Shown one piece after another: positions 14,039 to 23,691 of a DNA stretch of 64,000 bases. Position 1 is the stretch's first letter. Every line of letters begins with the position of its first letter. Both the position numbers and the translations under genes were made by a program. The notes beneath the pieces were generated by a model that worked only from the letters and a program-made list of their open reading frames with translations, was not told the DNA's origin and made no database searches. Origin of the DNA: an uncultured cyanobacterium (lineage in GTDB: Bacteria > Cyanobacteriota > Cyanobacteriia > PCC-9006 > JAAUQQ01); assembly GCA_963718615.1 (NCBI GenBank), contig OY970368.1, forward strand, positions 3,584,001-3,648,000. Reading direction: 5' to 3'.

Positions 14039-14080
14039 TTCCCAGTGTGAAATTCCCAGTGTGAAATTCCCAGTGTGAAA
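14039..14080. repeat. Perfect 14-bp tandem repeat x3 (TTCCCAGTGTGAAA) upstream of the defence operon
   Basis: Read directly; about 60-100 nt upstream of the helicase start. Confidence 0.95.
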
Positions 14081-14148
14081 ATTGTATTCCAAGATTTTCC
14101 GTATCTTTACTCAGCTTAGTGGATTCACATCGCGAACGCCCCCCGAGT

Positions 14149-15084
14149 TTAGACCCCCAGTTGGGCTCGAATGTGTTTTTGCTGACGCAGCAGAATTTCG
14201 CTCTGACGGTGACGGCGGAGCGCCTGTTGACTGTTTTTTAGCGCCTCTGGCCATTGGCCCAAGGCAATGAGGACCTCCCCCCGGCGATACCAACCCCGTT
14301 CATCATGGGGGTCGGCTTGGGTTGCCTTGGCTAATTCCGTGGCGGCTTCGTCGTAGCGCCCGAGCTGGCAGAGGGCATAGCCGCGATCGCCCAAAATATG
14401 CCCAAAATTCGGAGAATAGCGTAACACCCTACCCAAGGAATTTAGCGCTTCTTCAAACTGCTCCAGTTCCAGCAGGGCATCCCCATGGGCATGCCAGATT
14501 TCGGGGTCGCAGGGACGATAGCGCAGGGCTGTGGTGTAGCTGTCTAGCGCGCGGCGAAAATCCCCCGATCGCGCCTGGGCCAACCCGTGGGCCAGCCAGA
14601 GCGAAGCATTTTGGGGGTGGTATTGAAGCCCTTCGCTGTAGTTGGCGATCGCCTCCCGATAATGGCGGGACTGTTCCAACAGCGACCCCCGTTCCAACCA
14701 AGCATAGACCTGTTCAGGGTGGTAGTGAATCATCTGCTCCAGCCGAGCACGTCGCTGGTCCTGGCGGGAGATTGGAGCCTGAGGGGTCTGGGGTTTCGGG
14801 GGACGGCTCGTGAAGCGATGGAGCAGTAGAATGCCAAGGCCAGAAACGGCGATTAGCATCAGCGCCGACAGGGGCAGGGGCAGGCTAGGCAGTGAGGGGA
14901 AGGTCCAAGGGTCCGGGTTTAAGGGGTCCAAGGGCTGTTCAAACCGCTGGATCACCTTGCCCCAAAGATGCAGCGTGCCAACGGTCAAAGCGCTAAACAG
15001 CGTCAGGAGACAAAAATCCAGCAGCTTGGGCGGCAGGGCAGGAAAACGGCTGGGAGAGGGGGGTCGAGGATTGGAAAAGCCCAT
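14149..15084 (-). CDS. Membrane-anchored TPR repeat protein
   Basis: Two hydrophobic segments followed by W..RG..L...Y.EA TPR repeats. Confidence 0.85.
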   Translation of the reverse strand: MGFSNPRPPSPSRFPALPPKLLDFCLLTLFSALTVGTLHLWGKVIQRFEQPLDPLNPDPWTFPSLPSLPLPLSALMLIAVSGLGILLLHRFTSRPPKPQTPQAPISRQDQRRARLEQMIHYHPEQVYAWLERGSLLEQSRHYREAIANYSEGLQYHPQNASLWLAHGLAQARSGDFRRALDSYTTALRYRPCDPEIWHAHGDALLELEQFEEALNSLGRVLRYSPNFGHILGDRGYALCQLGRYDEAATELAKATQADPHDERGWYRRGEVLIALGQWPEALKNSQQALRRHRQSEILLRQQKHIRAQLGV

Positions 15085-15202
15085 GGCGTTCTAGGAGGGG
15101 GTCGTCTAGATTAGCGAAATGGCAGAAAAGAAGCAGCTTCTAGAGTTCTTGGTCTAGATTTATAAATAGATTCACAAGCGCATAGGCACTTTCGGCACGT
15201 CC

Positions 15203-16279
15203 ATGGATAATCCTGTCATTCTCCGTCACAGTGAACTGCTCAACCGCCTCGTGATTGAGCGGGACACGATGCAGGAAATGGGCCGGATTGAGCAACTCTG
15301 GATGTATCCCCAAGCCCATCGCGTCATGGGCATTGTCTGTCGAGTCGGTCGGTTTGGCGGCAAACGCTGGGTGTATAAATTGCCCCAGGTTGATGCCCTG
15401 GGCAAGGGCAATCTTTGGGTCAATGGTGCACCAACGGAAACGACAGGAGAGCAAATCAAGCGCCTTGAATCACTGATTAACCATGAGGTTTGGGTGGATG
15501 GGGGCGATCGCCTCGGCCTTATTACCGATTGTATCTTCAACCGCAAAACCGGCGGGATTACCCAATATCTGTGGGTTGATAATCGACTGCGACGACTGGT
15601 GAGCGAACCGCTGACCCTTTCTCCAGCGGAAATGCGCAGTTTTGGCAATGGACGGGTTTTGGTGACCGAACAAACCGTTCAGCGGCTGCGGCGTGAACGT
15701 CCCGGCTTGCGGGAAACCTGGAGCAATTTGCGCGACCAGGCGAAGGCAGAATACGAACAAATTACCGAGGAATTACTGACGACCCAGCAGCGGGCCGCCG
15801 AGGAAGCCGCCGAACGAGCCGCCAACCTGAAACAGCAGGCAGCACAACGGGCTCAAACCTGGCAGCAGCGCTTCACCGAACAGGCCCAGGCGATCGCCTC
15901 CCAAGTGTCTGAGCTGCAAACAGGAGAATGGGGACCGATTCCCATGGTGGAGCCCCCCCAGGAGGTGACTTGGGTAGACGAGGCTGGCGCGCTTCCCCCC
16001 AGATCTAGGTCGAACCCAGTTCAAGATTCAGTTCAGGATTCAGTTCAGGATTCAGTTCAGGATGATGAATTTGGAGACGACGTTGAGGATACGGGCTGGA
16101 GCGAAGAACGCTTCGTCACGCGCGAAAATCCTTGGGGGTATTCGCAATTGTCTGAAGATTTAGACAAAGATTTAGACGAAGATTTAGACGAAGATTTGGA
16201 TGAAGCCTTTGACTTTGATGAAGCGGTCCTGGCCCAAATTGATCCCGATGATCTAAAAGGCGATGATCCCTGGATTTAG
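15203..16279 (+). CDS. PRC-barrel domain protein with an acidic tail
   Basis: SELLNRLVI...EMGRIEQLW and a second LINHEVW..G.RLG.I.D barrel; ends DDPWI. Confidence 0.8.
   Translation: MDNPVILRHSELLNRLVIERDTMQEMGRIEQLWMYPQAHRVMGIVCRVGRFGGKRWVYKLPQVDALGKGNLWVNGAPTETTGEQIKRLESLINHEVWVDGGDRLGLITDCIFNRKTGGITQYLWVDNRLRRLVSEPLTLSPAEMRSFGNGRVLVTEQTVQRLRRERPGLRETWSNLRDQAKAEYEQITEELLTTQQRAAEEAAERAANLKQQAAQRAQTWQQRFTEQAQAIASQVSELQTGEWGPIPMVEPPQEVTWVDEAGALPPRSRSNPVQDSVQDSVQDSVQDDEFGDDVEDTGWSEERFVTRENPWGYSQLSEDLDKDLDEDLDEDLDEAFDFDEAVLAQIDPDDLKGDDPWI
16017..16205. repeat. In-frame 12-bp tandem repeats (CAGTTCAGGATT x4; GAAGATTTAGAC-like x4)
   Basis: Encode VQDS and EDLD repeats. Confidence 0.85.
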
Positions 16280-17074
16280 CAGATCGCTTGGGAAGCGAAT
16301 GGTGCGAAGAGAAGTGACTGTATCGGCAGCGCATTCCGTTGAGGTACGACTTAGGCAAGAATATTGCCTCGGCGCTAGGCCCAAACGCAGGGTCATATAG
16401 CTAAAGAGCGCCGCATCATCCCACCAGCGCAGAGAATTCATCCAGCGAGCTTCACCGTTGCCAATCAAATGCCAACGCAATCGCATCAGATCCTCGTCTT
16501 GAATCAATCCTGCTTTGGCTGCGAAAAAACGCGCACCATGGAGACAGCCCCGTAGCTGCGCTTCGCTCCAATTGAAAACATCCATCACATAGGGCAAGTC
16601 TAAGGTTGCGATGGGTTCGGGTTGAAAAGGTTCTTGATCATCGACGATCAAATCCACTAAATTGAGCTGCTCAAACACCTCATCCAGGGAATGCATCCCA
16701 AGGCTATGGGCATCGTAAAAGACAAACTGCTCAAACGGCCCCTCAAAGGCACAAAACTTGCGAGCCCCATGGCATTGGCCATAATGCTTGGCATATTGTT
16801 GGCTCATGCGATCGATGACCCGATGGGAGGTCCAAACCTCTTGAGCAAAGGTTTCCCATTTGGCGATCGCCTCCCGATTTTCAAACAGACTTAAATGCCC
16901 ATGTTCTGCAATCCATTGCCGCGTCTGTTTGAGATTTTCGTCATAGGGAATAATACAAATGGGTCGCGGTTGCGAGGCATTGCATTCTAGCCGCTCGACC
17001 AAGGCCATGAGCTGATCCAAGACAAGATCATTGCCGAGAATATAAATGCCTTGAGCGAAGGATTGTGAATGCAT
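16253..17074 (-). CDS. Npun_R2821/R2822-like glycosyltransferase-related protein, possibly shortened
   Basis: GIYILGNDLVLDQLMAL, ICIIPYD, RKFCAFEGPFEQFVFYDA, WWDDAALFSYM. Confidence 0.65.
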   Translation of the reverse strand: MHSQSFAQGIYILGNDLVLDQLMALVERLECNASQPRPICIIPYDENLKQTRQWIAEHGHLSLFENREAIAKWETFAQEVWTSHRVIDRMSQQYAKHYGQCHGARKFCAFEGPFEQFVFYDAHSLGMHSLDEVFEQLNLVDLIVDDQEPFQPEPIATLDLPYVMDVFNWSEAQLRGCLHGARFFAAKAGLIQDEDLMRLRWHLIGNGEARWMNSLRWWDDAALFSYMTLRLGLAPRQYSCLSRTSTECAADTVTSLRTIRFPSDLLNPGIIAF

Positions 17075-17223
17075 AGCCAGAGTGAAGAAATCTACAGGAA
17101 TCTACGGAATATAAAATCGCTTATTGGTATAGCGAATTTCACTGATACCCGTAAATGTAACACTGGCGATCGCCCCCTTAGGCAAAGCTCCGATATAGTC
17201 GTGAAGAAATAAATTAAGGGCTT

Positions 17224-20200
17224 CTAAAGACCATAGCCTCCCCCTCCCGGTGTTTCGATGACCAGGCGATCGCCCCCCTCCATCTCCACTCGATCCGTCG
17301 GTGCCAATTCCTGCACTTTCCCTGATTGACGCACAACGGTTGTTTTGCCTAGCGCCCCCGGCTTGCCTCCCTGCAAACCAAAGGGCACTACCCGCCGCCG
17401 CCCTGCCAAAATTCCTGCGGTCATCGCCTCGCGGAATCGAATTTGCCGCACCACTCCATTGCCCCCCCGATACCGACCTTCACCGCCACTCCCCTGGCGA
17501 ATGGAAAATTCTTCCACCAGGACTGGGAACCGCCATTCCAAGACCTCTGGATCCGTCAAACGGGAATTTGTCATGTGAGTTTGTACGGCATCTGTGCCAT
17601 GAAAGGTGGGTCCTGCACCCGAGCCACCGCAAATGGTTTCATAATATTGGTAGCGATCCGTGCCAAAGGTAAAATTATTCATGGTTCCTTGGGAGGCCGC
17701 CATCACGTCTAGGGCTCCGTAGAGGGCATCGGCGATCGCCTGGGACGTTTCCACATTACCCGCCACCACAGCGGCTGGATAGGCAGGGTTGAGCAGGCAA
17801 CCTTCCGGTACGATAATTTCTAAGGGCTTCATACAACCCGCATTCAGGGGAATCTGATCATCCACTAACGTCCGAAATCCGTAGAGGAGAACCGCTTTGC
17901 AAATGGCCAGGGGAGCATTGAAATTATTGGGCTGTTGGGGCGAAGTTCCGGTAAAATTTAGCGTCGCGCTTCGGGTCTCGGGATGGAGCTGCACCTGAAG
18001 CTGGATCTGTGCGCCGTTGTCCAGGGGGACCGTGAATGCAGAAATCAATGCTTCGCCCTGTTCCCGTCGCCGCCGACAGAGTTGTGCAATCACCTGTCGA
18101 ACCGCCGCTTCTGCATTGTCCTGAACATGTTGCATATAGGCCTGAACCGTCGTCAAGCCAAACTGCTCGACCATGCGTTGGAGTTCTTGAACGCCTTTGT
18201 TATTGGCTGCAATTTGAGCTTGGAGATCTGCGAGATTTTGGTCGGGGTTGCGAGCGGGGTAAAGTCCTGCAGTCAGATGAGATCGCAACTCATCTTCTTG
18301 AAAATGCCCTTGCTCCACCAGTTTGAAATTATCAAATAAAATCCCCTCCTGGTCGAGATGGGTACTATGCGGCGGCATCGAGCCGGGACTAATGCCGCCA
18401 ATGTCCGCATGGTGGCCTCGGGAGGCGACGAAAAATAGGGGCTTGGGTTCAGCGCTGGTTTGAATATCTACAAAGACTGGTGTTATCACCGTGATGTCGG
18501 GCAAGTGAGTACCGCCGTTGTAGGGGTTGTTAGACACAAACACATCTCCCCGCTGGAACGGTTGCGTTTGCGCTGTGATCAAGGCCGCGACACTTTCGCT
18601 CATGGAACCGAGGTGGACGGGAATATGGGGTGCATTGGCAACCAGTTGGCCTTGGGCATCAAAAATCGCGCAGGAGAAATCGAGGCGTTCTTTGATATTG
18701 ACCGAGGAGCTGGTGTTTTGCAGCGTGAAGCCCATTTGTTCGGCGATCGCCTGAAATAAATTATTGAAAATCTCCAAGCGTACCGGGTCGGGGGCTAGAC
18801 TCGGGACTGGGTCAGGGTGGACGAGCGGCAGTTCGTCTCTACGGGATGTTGCGACGGTGGGGATTTGATGGATAAGCAATTCGCCGCCGCTGGCGATCTG
18901 GGCGGACCAACCGGGTTCGATGATGTTGGTGCCGGTGGGTTCTAGGATCATTGCAGGGCCAGGGATAGGGACACCGGGTTGCAAATCTGCTCGCTGAAAG
19001 ACAGGGGTATCGTGCCAGCGATCGCCAGAAAAAATCGGCACCGTGGCGATCGCCCCTAAGGGACCGTTACGGGAGGGTGAGGTTAAAACCGTGGTTGAAG
19101 TTGTAGCGGGAACAGGGGTTTTTCCAATGGCTTCGACAGCAAGGGCTGACACAACAACCGCTTTCCTGGGCAGCGTCATCCCAAAGCGCTGCTGATAGAC
19201 TTGCTCAAATTGCGATCGCAACCCCATCCAATCCTCAAGAGCCGCCAAAGTACTCAGCTCAATGGCCAAACTCGCATCAGTGCCATCATAGCGCAGATAC
19301 AGTTGCTGAAGCACTTCAATGCGCTCTAAGTCTTGACAGTCCTGCTGTTCTAGCTCAGCTTGCGCGGTGTGGGCTAGCTGCTGGAGTTGGGCGCGGAGGG
19401 GGGCGATCGCTTCCGGTTGCAATATCATCTCCACAGACTGTTCCCGCAGGACACGGCGATCGGCTAAGCCCATCCCGTAGGCTGACAAAACCCCTGCATA
19501 GGGATGGATCAAAATTGTTTTCATCCCCAAAGATTCCGCCAACCGGCAGGCATGTTGGCCACCCGCCGCACCAAAACAGCAGAGGGCATAGTCACCGATA
19601 TCGTACCCTCGCTGGACGGAGATTTTTTTGATGGCGTTGGCCATGTTGTCGATGGCGATCGCCAGGAATCCCTCTGCGACCTGTTCTGGGCTGGGTTGAT
19701 TGTCGGTCGCCTGAGCCTGGAAAATGGTTTTAGCGAGCTGGGTAAATTGCGATCGCACGGCTTCTCGATCAAGGGGCTGATTCCCATGGGGACCAAACAC
19801 CTGGGGGAAAAACTGAGGCTGAATTTTGCCCACCATCACATTGCAGTCTGTGACCGTCAGGGGGCCACCGTTGCGGTAGCAAGTGGGTCCAGGGTAGGCC
19901 CCCGCAGAGGCAGGACCGACGCGATAACGAGCTCCATCAAAACTCAAAATTGAACCGCCCCCCGCAGCAACGGTGTGAATCGCCATCATCGGTGCTCGCA
20001 GGCGGACTCCGGCAACTTCGGTTTCAAGGGTACGTTCGTAGGTGCCAATGGAGTGGTTGTAGTGGGCTACATCCGTGGAAGTCCCGCCCATATCAAATGT
20101 GATGATCTTCTCGAATCCGGCCTTGAGGCTAGTTTGCACGGCACCCACAATTCCCCCAGCCGGTCCTGAAAGAATGCTGTCTTTGCCCTGAAAAAACCTG

Positions 20201-20985
20201 GCTGGCGTCAGTCCCCCATTGGATTGCATAAACATCAGTTGGGGGGCGGAGACTTGTCCTGCTGTGTTGTCAGGCGGATTCAGTTCAGCTTCGATGCGAT
20301 CGACATACCGACGCAAAATTGGAGAAAGATAGGCATCCACAACGGTCGTATCGCCTCGACTCACCAGTTTGATTAAAGGACTAACCCGATGGGAAACCGA
20401 GATTTGGGTAAAGCCCACTTGCTGAGCCAACACAGCAACCTGCTGTTCGTGCTGGGGATAGCGATAGCCGTGGAGAAAGGCGATCGCACAAGCCCGAATC
20501 CCCCTGTCGTAGGCGGATTGCAGCGATCGTAATAGGTCTGCCTGGGACTGTTGACTCAACGGTATGAGCACCTCACCCTGCGCCGACAGGCGCTCAGTCA
20601 CTTCAATTACCTGCTCATACAGCATATCTGGCAGAACAATCTCCCGCGCAAAAATGTCAGGTCGGTTTTGATAGCCAATGCGCAGGACATCGCGAAATCC
20701 TTGGGTGGTGATGAACAGGGTGCGATCGCCCTTGCGCTCCAATAATGCATTTGTCGCTACGGTGGTTCCCATTTTGACCATTGCAATGTGCTCTGCCGGG
20801 ATGGGCTGATCAGGCTCAATGTCCATCAGATCACGAATGCCTTGCAGCGGTGCATCGGCATAGCGATCGGGGTTTTCCGACAGGAGTTTATGCACAACAA
20901 ACTGACCATCGGGCTTCTGGGCCACGATATCGGTAAACGTGCCGCCCCGATCGATCCAAAATTGCCAGCGTTGAGGAGATTTCAT
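17224..20985 (-). CDS. 5-oxoprolinase (fused hydantoinase A/B)
   Basis: WIDRGGTFTD, GTTVATNALLERKG, SGPAGG, DMGGTSTD, NIKERLDFSCA, HMTNSRLTDPE, TPGGGGYG. Confidence 0.95.
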   Translation of the reverse strand: MKSPQRWQFWIDRGGTFTDIVAQKPDGQFVVHKLLSENPDRYADAPLQGIRDLMDIEPDQPIPAEHIAMVKMGTTVATNALLERKGDRTLFITTQGFRDVLRIGYQNRPDIFAREIVLPDMLYEQVIEVTERLSAQGEVLIPLSQQSQADLLRSLQSAYDRGIRACAIAFLHGYRYPQHEQQVAVLAQQVGFTQISVSHRVSPLIKLVSRGDTTVVDAYLSPILRRYVDRIEAELNPPDNTAGQVSAPQLMFMQSNGGLTPARFFQGKDSILSGPAGGIVGAVQTSLKAGFEKIITFDMGGTSTDVAHYNHSIGTYERTLETEVAGVRLRAPMMAIHTVAAGGGSILSFDGARYRVGPASAGAYPGPTCYRNGGPLTVTDCNVMVGKIQPQFFPQVFGPHGNQPLDREAVRSQFTQLAKTIFQAQATDNQPSPEQVAEGFLAIAIDNMANAIKKISVQRGYDIGDYALCCFGAAGGQHACRLAESLGMKTILIHPYAGVLSAYGMGLADRRVLREQSVEMILQPEAIAPLRAQLQQLAHTAQAELEQQDCQDLERIEVLQQLYLRYDGTDASLAIELSTLAALEDWMGLRSQFEQVYQQRFGMTLPRKAVVVSALAVEAIGKTPVPATTSTTVLTSPSRNGPLGAIATVPIFSGDRWHDTPVFQRADLQPGVPIPGPAMILEPTGTNIIEPGWSAQIASGGELLIHQIPTVATSRRDELPLVHPDPVPSLAPDPVRLEIFNNLFQAIAEQMGFTLQNTSSSVNIKERLDFSCAIFDAQGQLVANAPHIPVHLGSMSESVAALITAQTQPFQRGDVFVSNNPYNGGTHLPDITVITPVFVDIQTSAEPKPLFFVASRGHHADIGGISPGSMPPHSTHLDQEGILFDNFKLVEQGHFQEDELRSHLTAGLYPARNPDQNLADLQAQIAANNKGVQELQRMVEQFGLTTVQAYMQHVQDNAEAAVRQVIAQLCRRRREQGEALISAFTVPLDNGAQIQLQVQLHPETRSATLNFTGTSPQQPNNFNAPLAICKAVLLYGFRTLVDDQIPLNAGCMKPLEIIVPEGCLLNPAYPAAVVAGNVETSQAIADALYGALDVMAASQGTMNNFTFGTDRYQYYETICGGSGAGPTFHGTDAVQTHMTNSRLTDPEVLEWRFPVLVEEFSIRQGSGGEGRYRGGNGVVRQIRFREAMTAGILAGRRRVVPFGLQGGKPGALGKTTVVRQSGKVQELAPTDRVEMEGGDRLVIETPGGGGYGL

Positions 20986-21120
20986 GTCAGGAGTGTAGAA
21001 GGATCAAGCGATCTTTTCGTGAGTTATCAAACGACTCAGTGTAGTGTAAGAAGAAGTCAATAGACTTTCAATGGCATTTCACTTAACCTAAGATATCGTT
21101 AGCGATCTAGTAGAGTCAGC

Positions 21121-22050
21121 ATGGACCTCAATTTCCTCAGTGCCCTTGAACTACGCCAGATCTGCTACTTTCTGACCATCGTAGACAACGGCAACAACTT
21201 TAGCCGAGCCGCAGAACGCTTGTATATCGAACAGCCACCCCTGAGTCAGCGGATTCGTACCCTCGAAAAGAAGTTGAAAATTCAACTTTTCGACCGTAGG
21301 CGAAGACCCTTGCAGCTGACGGCAGCCGGGGAGATCTTTGCGCGGGAGGTTCGATTGGCCCTAGAGCAATTTCAGAGCGCGATCGCCCAAGCGCAGCGGG
21401 CCGAACAGGGCGAAGTCGGTCATCTGTCCATCGGCGTCGCGAGTTCCGTTGCTAACGGTATCCTGCCGGAGATTTTGCGGGCCTATGGCGATCGCTATCC
21501 CCAGGTTGAACTAGAGTTGCGAGAGCTAACCGCTGACCAGCAGGTTCAAGCTTTGCGCGATCGCCGTTTAGACCTAGGCATCGAGGTTTTTCCAGCTAAA
21601 ACCCACTCAGACGCTGCATTGGTGCAAATACCACTGGTGCATGAGTCCCTCGTCGCGGTATTTCCTGAGGATCATCCCCATTTACAATTGGCTCAGATCT
21701 CACTCACAGATTTAGCTCAGGAACTGCTAATCTTGCCTTCGCTTCAGGCCTTTCCCTTTTATCAAAGCTTCTTGGATCGCTGTCTAGAAGTCGGGTTTCA
21801 GCCCAAACTCGTGCAGAATAAAACGGCGACTTGGATGCTGACACTGCTGAGTCTAGTCGCCGCAGGGGTTGGCATTGCCATCTTGCCGAGCAATGTCTTG
21901 AGCCTACAACGGCAAGGTGTGGTATATCGGGATATCAGCGATTTAAATTTAATTCGACAGATCTCGTTGATGTACCATTGCGAGAATAAGGCCATCGTTC
22001 TATCTAATTTTGTAGCTTTAGTTCAGTCCCTTGATCTTGTCCCTCAGTAA
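21121..22050 (+). CDS. LysR family regulator, divergent from oxoprolinase
   Basis: NFSRAAERLYIEQPPLSQRIRTLE HTH; LVAAGVGIAILP. Confidence 0.93.
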   Translation: MDLNFLSALELRQICYFLTIVDNGNNFSRAAERLYIEQPPLSQRIRTLEKKLKIQLFDRRRRPLQLTAAGEIFAREVRLALEQFQSAIAQAQRAEQGEVGHLSIGVASSVANGILPEILRAYGDRYPQVELELRELTADQQVQALRDRRLDLGIEVFPAKTHSDAALVQIPLVHESLVAVFPEDHPHLQLAQISLTDLAQELLILPSLQAFPFYQSFLDRCLEVGFQPKLVQNKTATWMLTLLSLVAAGVGIAILPSNVLSLQRQGVVYRDISDLNLIRQISLMYHCENKAIVLSNFVALVQSLDLVPQ

Positions 22051-22109
22051 TTGATCAGAAATCCATTCATCGACGAATCAGGGAATCGATAAAATAGATC
22101 ATAGATCGA

Positions 22110-23567
22110 TCAAGGTCTCCAAATGACCTGACCCAGAGCACTGCGATCAACTTCATAGCCAAGGGTCTCTAGGCGATTTAAAGTTTTTTCAGATACGAAA
22201 GGTGCTTCATTCGCAAAGGGATTCATCAGGCTATTTAACGGCAATAATTCGTGGGGTAGACCCAGCGCATGGCCGAGTTCATGCATCATAACTACCAAGA
22301 TTTTGCTAGGGTCCATCTTCGCGATCGCCCCAGGATTCCAATTCACCCGATTGTCATAGTCCACGCCATTGAGGTCCACATTTTCAGAGAAATTGGTGCG
22401 ATCGCCCACCGCGCTATCCACATAGGCTTCCGCCAGCCCTTCCGAAAAAGTTGCGTCCCAGCTATCGCCCTCAACGGTTTGTGACCGTTGGGTAACCACT
22501 ACTTTGAAGGGGACGGCATCTGGATCTTTGTCGCGGGTAATGATGCGCTCCCAATTTTCTGCTGCAATATTGATGGCTTGCCACTGGGTGGGAGAAAACG
22601 CCTGTTCAGGGTCAAAGAGTTGAATGTCAATATCCAGATCGGCCTGAGGCTGGGGCTGAGGCTGAGGCACAATCGGAACAGGGGGCAGAATTGTCTTAAA
22701 CGACGACAAGTCAGCCGAACCATTCGTAACCGCCTGCCAAGACAAATTGGTGGGATCCGTCGCTACGGATGGTGTTGTAAGTTGAACCGCTGAGGCCGCA
22801 TTGCTGGCGGTCAAGCTGACCGATTGAGTTTGGGTTACGGTTGAACCATTCATCAGCCAAGCGATCGCCTGTCCTTGCTCTGCGCCTAACCCATAATTCC
22901 GCAACAGAATGTCCGCATTGCCATCACGGTTGAAATCGCCTACCCCCTGAATTTTCCAATCTATACTGGCCTGGGTAGAGAGCGAGGTGCTCTGTAAACG
23001 AGTCGAGCCATTCATCAACCATAAAACATTGCTGCCGCTGGCATAGTCTTGCCACAAAATGTCAGCTTGACCATCGCGATTAAAATCTCCAACGCCTTCA
23101 ATATGCCAGTCGCGATTGGTGACGGCAATCAGAGGATCAGCACGCAGAGGGGCTGCACCATCCATGTACCAAAGCAGATTTTGCCCCGTGTTGGCATTGC
23201 GCCAAATTAAATCGGCTTTGCGATCGCCATTAAAATCCCCCACCCCCTCAATGTGCCAATTTTCATCACCAATCGAAAGCATCGATAGGGACTGGGAGAC
23301 CTTCGCTCCGTTCATCAACCACAGCGCATTTTGCCCCGTGATCTCATGTCGCCAAATCAGATCAGTTTGTTGATCGCCATCAAAATCACCACTGCCTGCT
23401 AGCTGCCAGTTCGGGTCTAGCTGAGGAGGTAAAGCAGTGCGCTGTTGCAGCGTAACACCATTCATATACCACAGCTCATTCTCCCCTGTCGCGTAATTCC
23501 GCCACAGCAAATCGGTTGATTGATCGCCGTTGAAATCACTAATATAGGAATTAAAAGAATTAGCCAT
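22110..23567 (-). CDS. FG-GAP/VCBS repeat protein with a C-terminal metzincin-type zinc protease domain
   Basis: Five (G)DFNGD..DL.WR-type repeats; HELGHALGLPH followed by an SLMNP Met-turn. Confidence 0.85.
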   Translation of the reverse strand: MANSFNSYISDFNGDQSTDLLWRNYATGENELWYMNGVTLQQRTALPPQLDPNWQLAGSGDFDGDQQTDLIWRHEITGQNALWLMNGAKVSQSLSMLSIGDENWHIEGVGDFNGDRKADLIWRNANTGQNLLWYMDGAAPLRADPLIAVTNRDWHIEGVGDFNRDGQADILWQDYASGSNVLWLMNGSTRLQSTSLSTQASIDWKIQGVGDFNRDGNADILLRNYGLGAEQGQAIAWLMNGSTVTQTQSVSLTASNAASAVQLTTPSVATDPTNLSWQAVTNGSADLSSFKTILPPVPIVPQPQPQPQADLDIDIQLFDPEQAFSPTQWQAINIAAENWERIITRDKDPDAVPFKVVVTQRSQTVEGDSWDATFSEGLAEAYVDSAVGDRTNFSENVDLNGVDYDNRVNWNPGAIAKMDPSKILVVMMHELGHALGLPHELLPLNSLMNPFANEAPFVSEKTLNRLETLGYEVDRSALGQVIWRP

Positions 23568-23691
23568 GGTCGTTAGATTTACTGACCTTAGCTAATCAGA
23601 ATTTTGTCCAATTCTTAGCACCAAGCAGATGATTTTACAGAATCTTGATTTTCAGGCGACTCCGTTTAAACTTGGGCGTTAGTTTTGGGCA

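Noticed and set aside
14039-14080. Possible CRISPR array (also considered for 33224-33280)
   Set aside because: Units are 14-15 bp, directly abutting with no spacers, and no cas genes are present.
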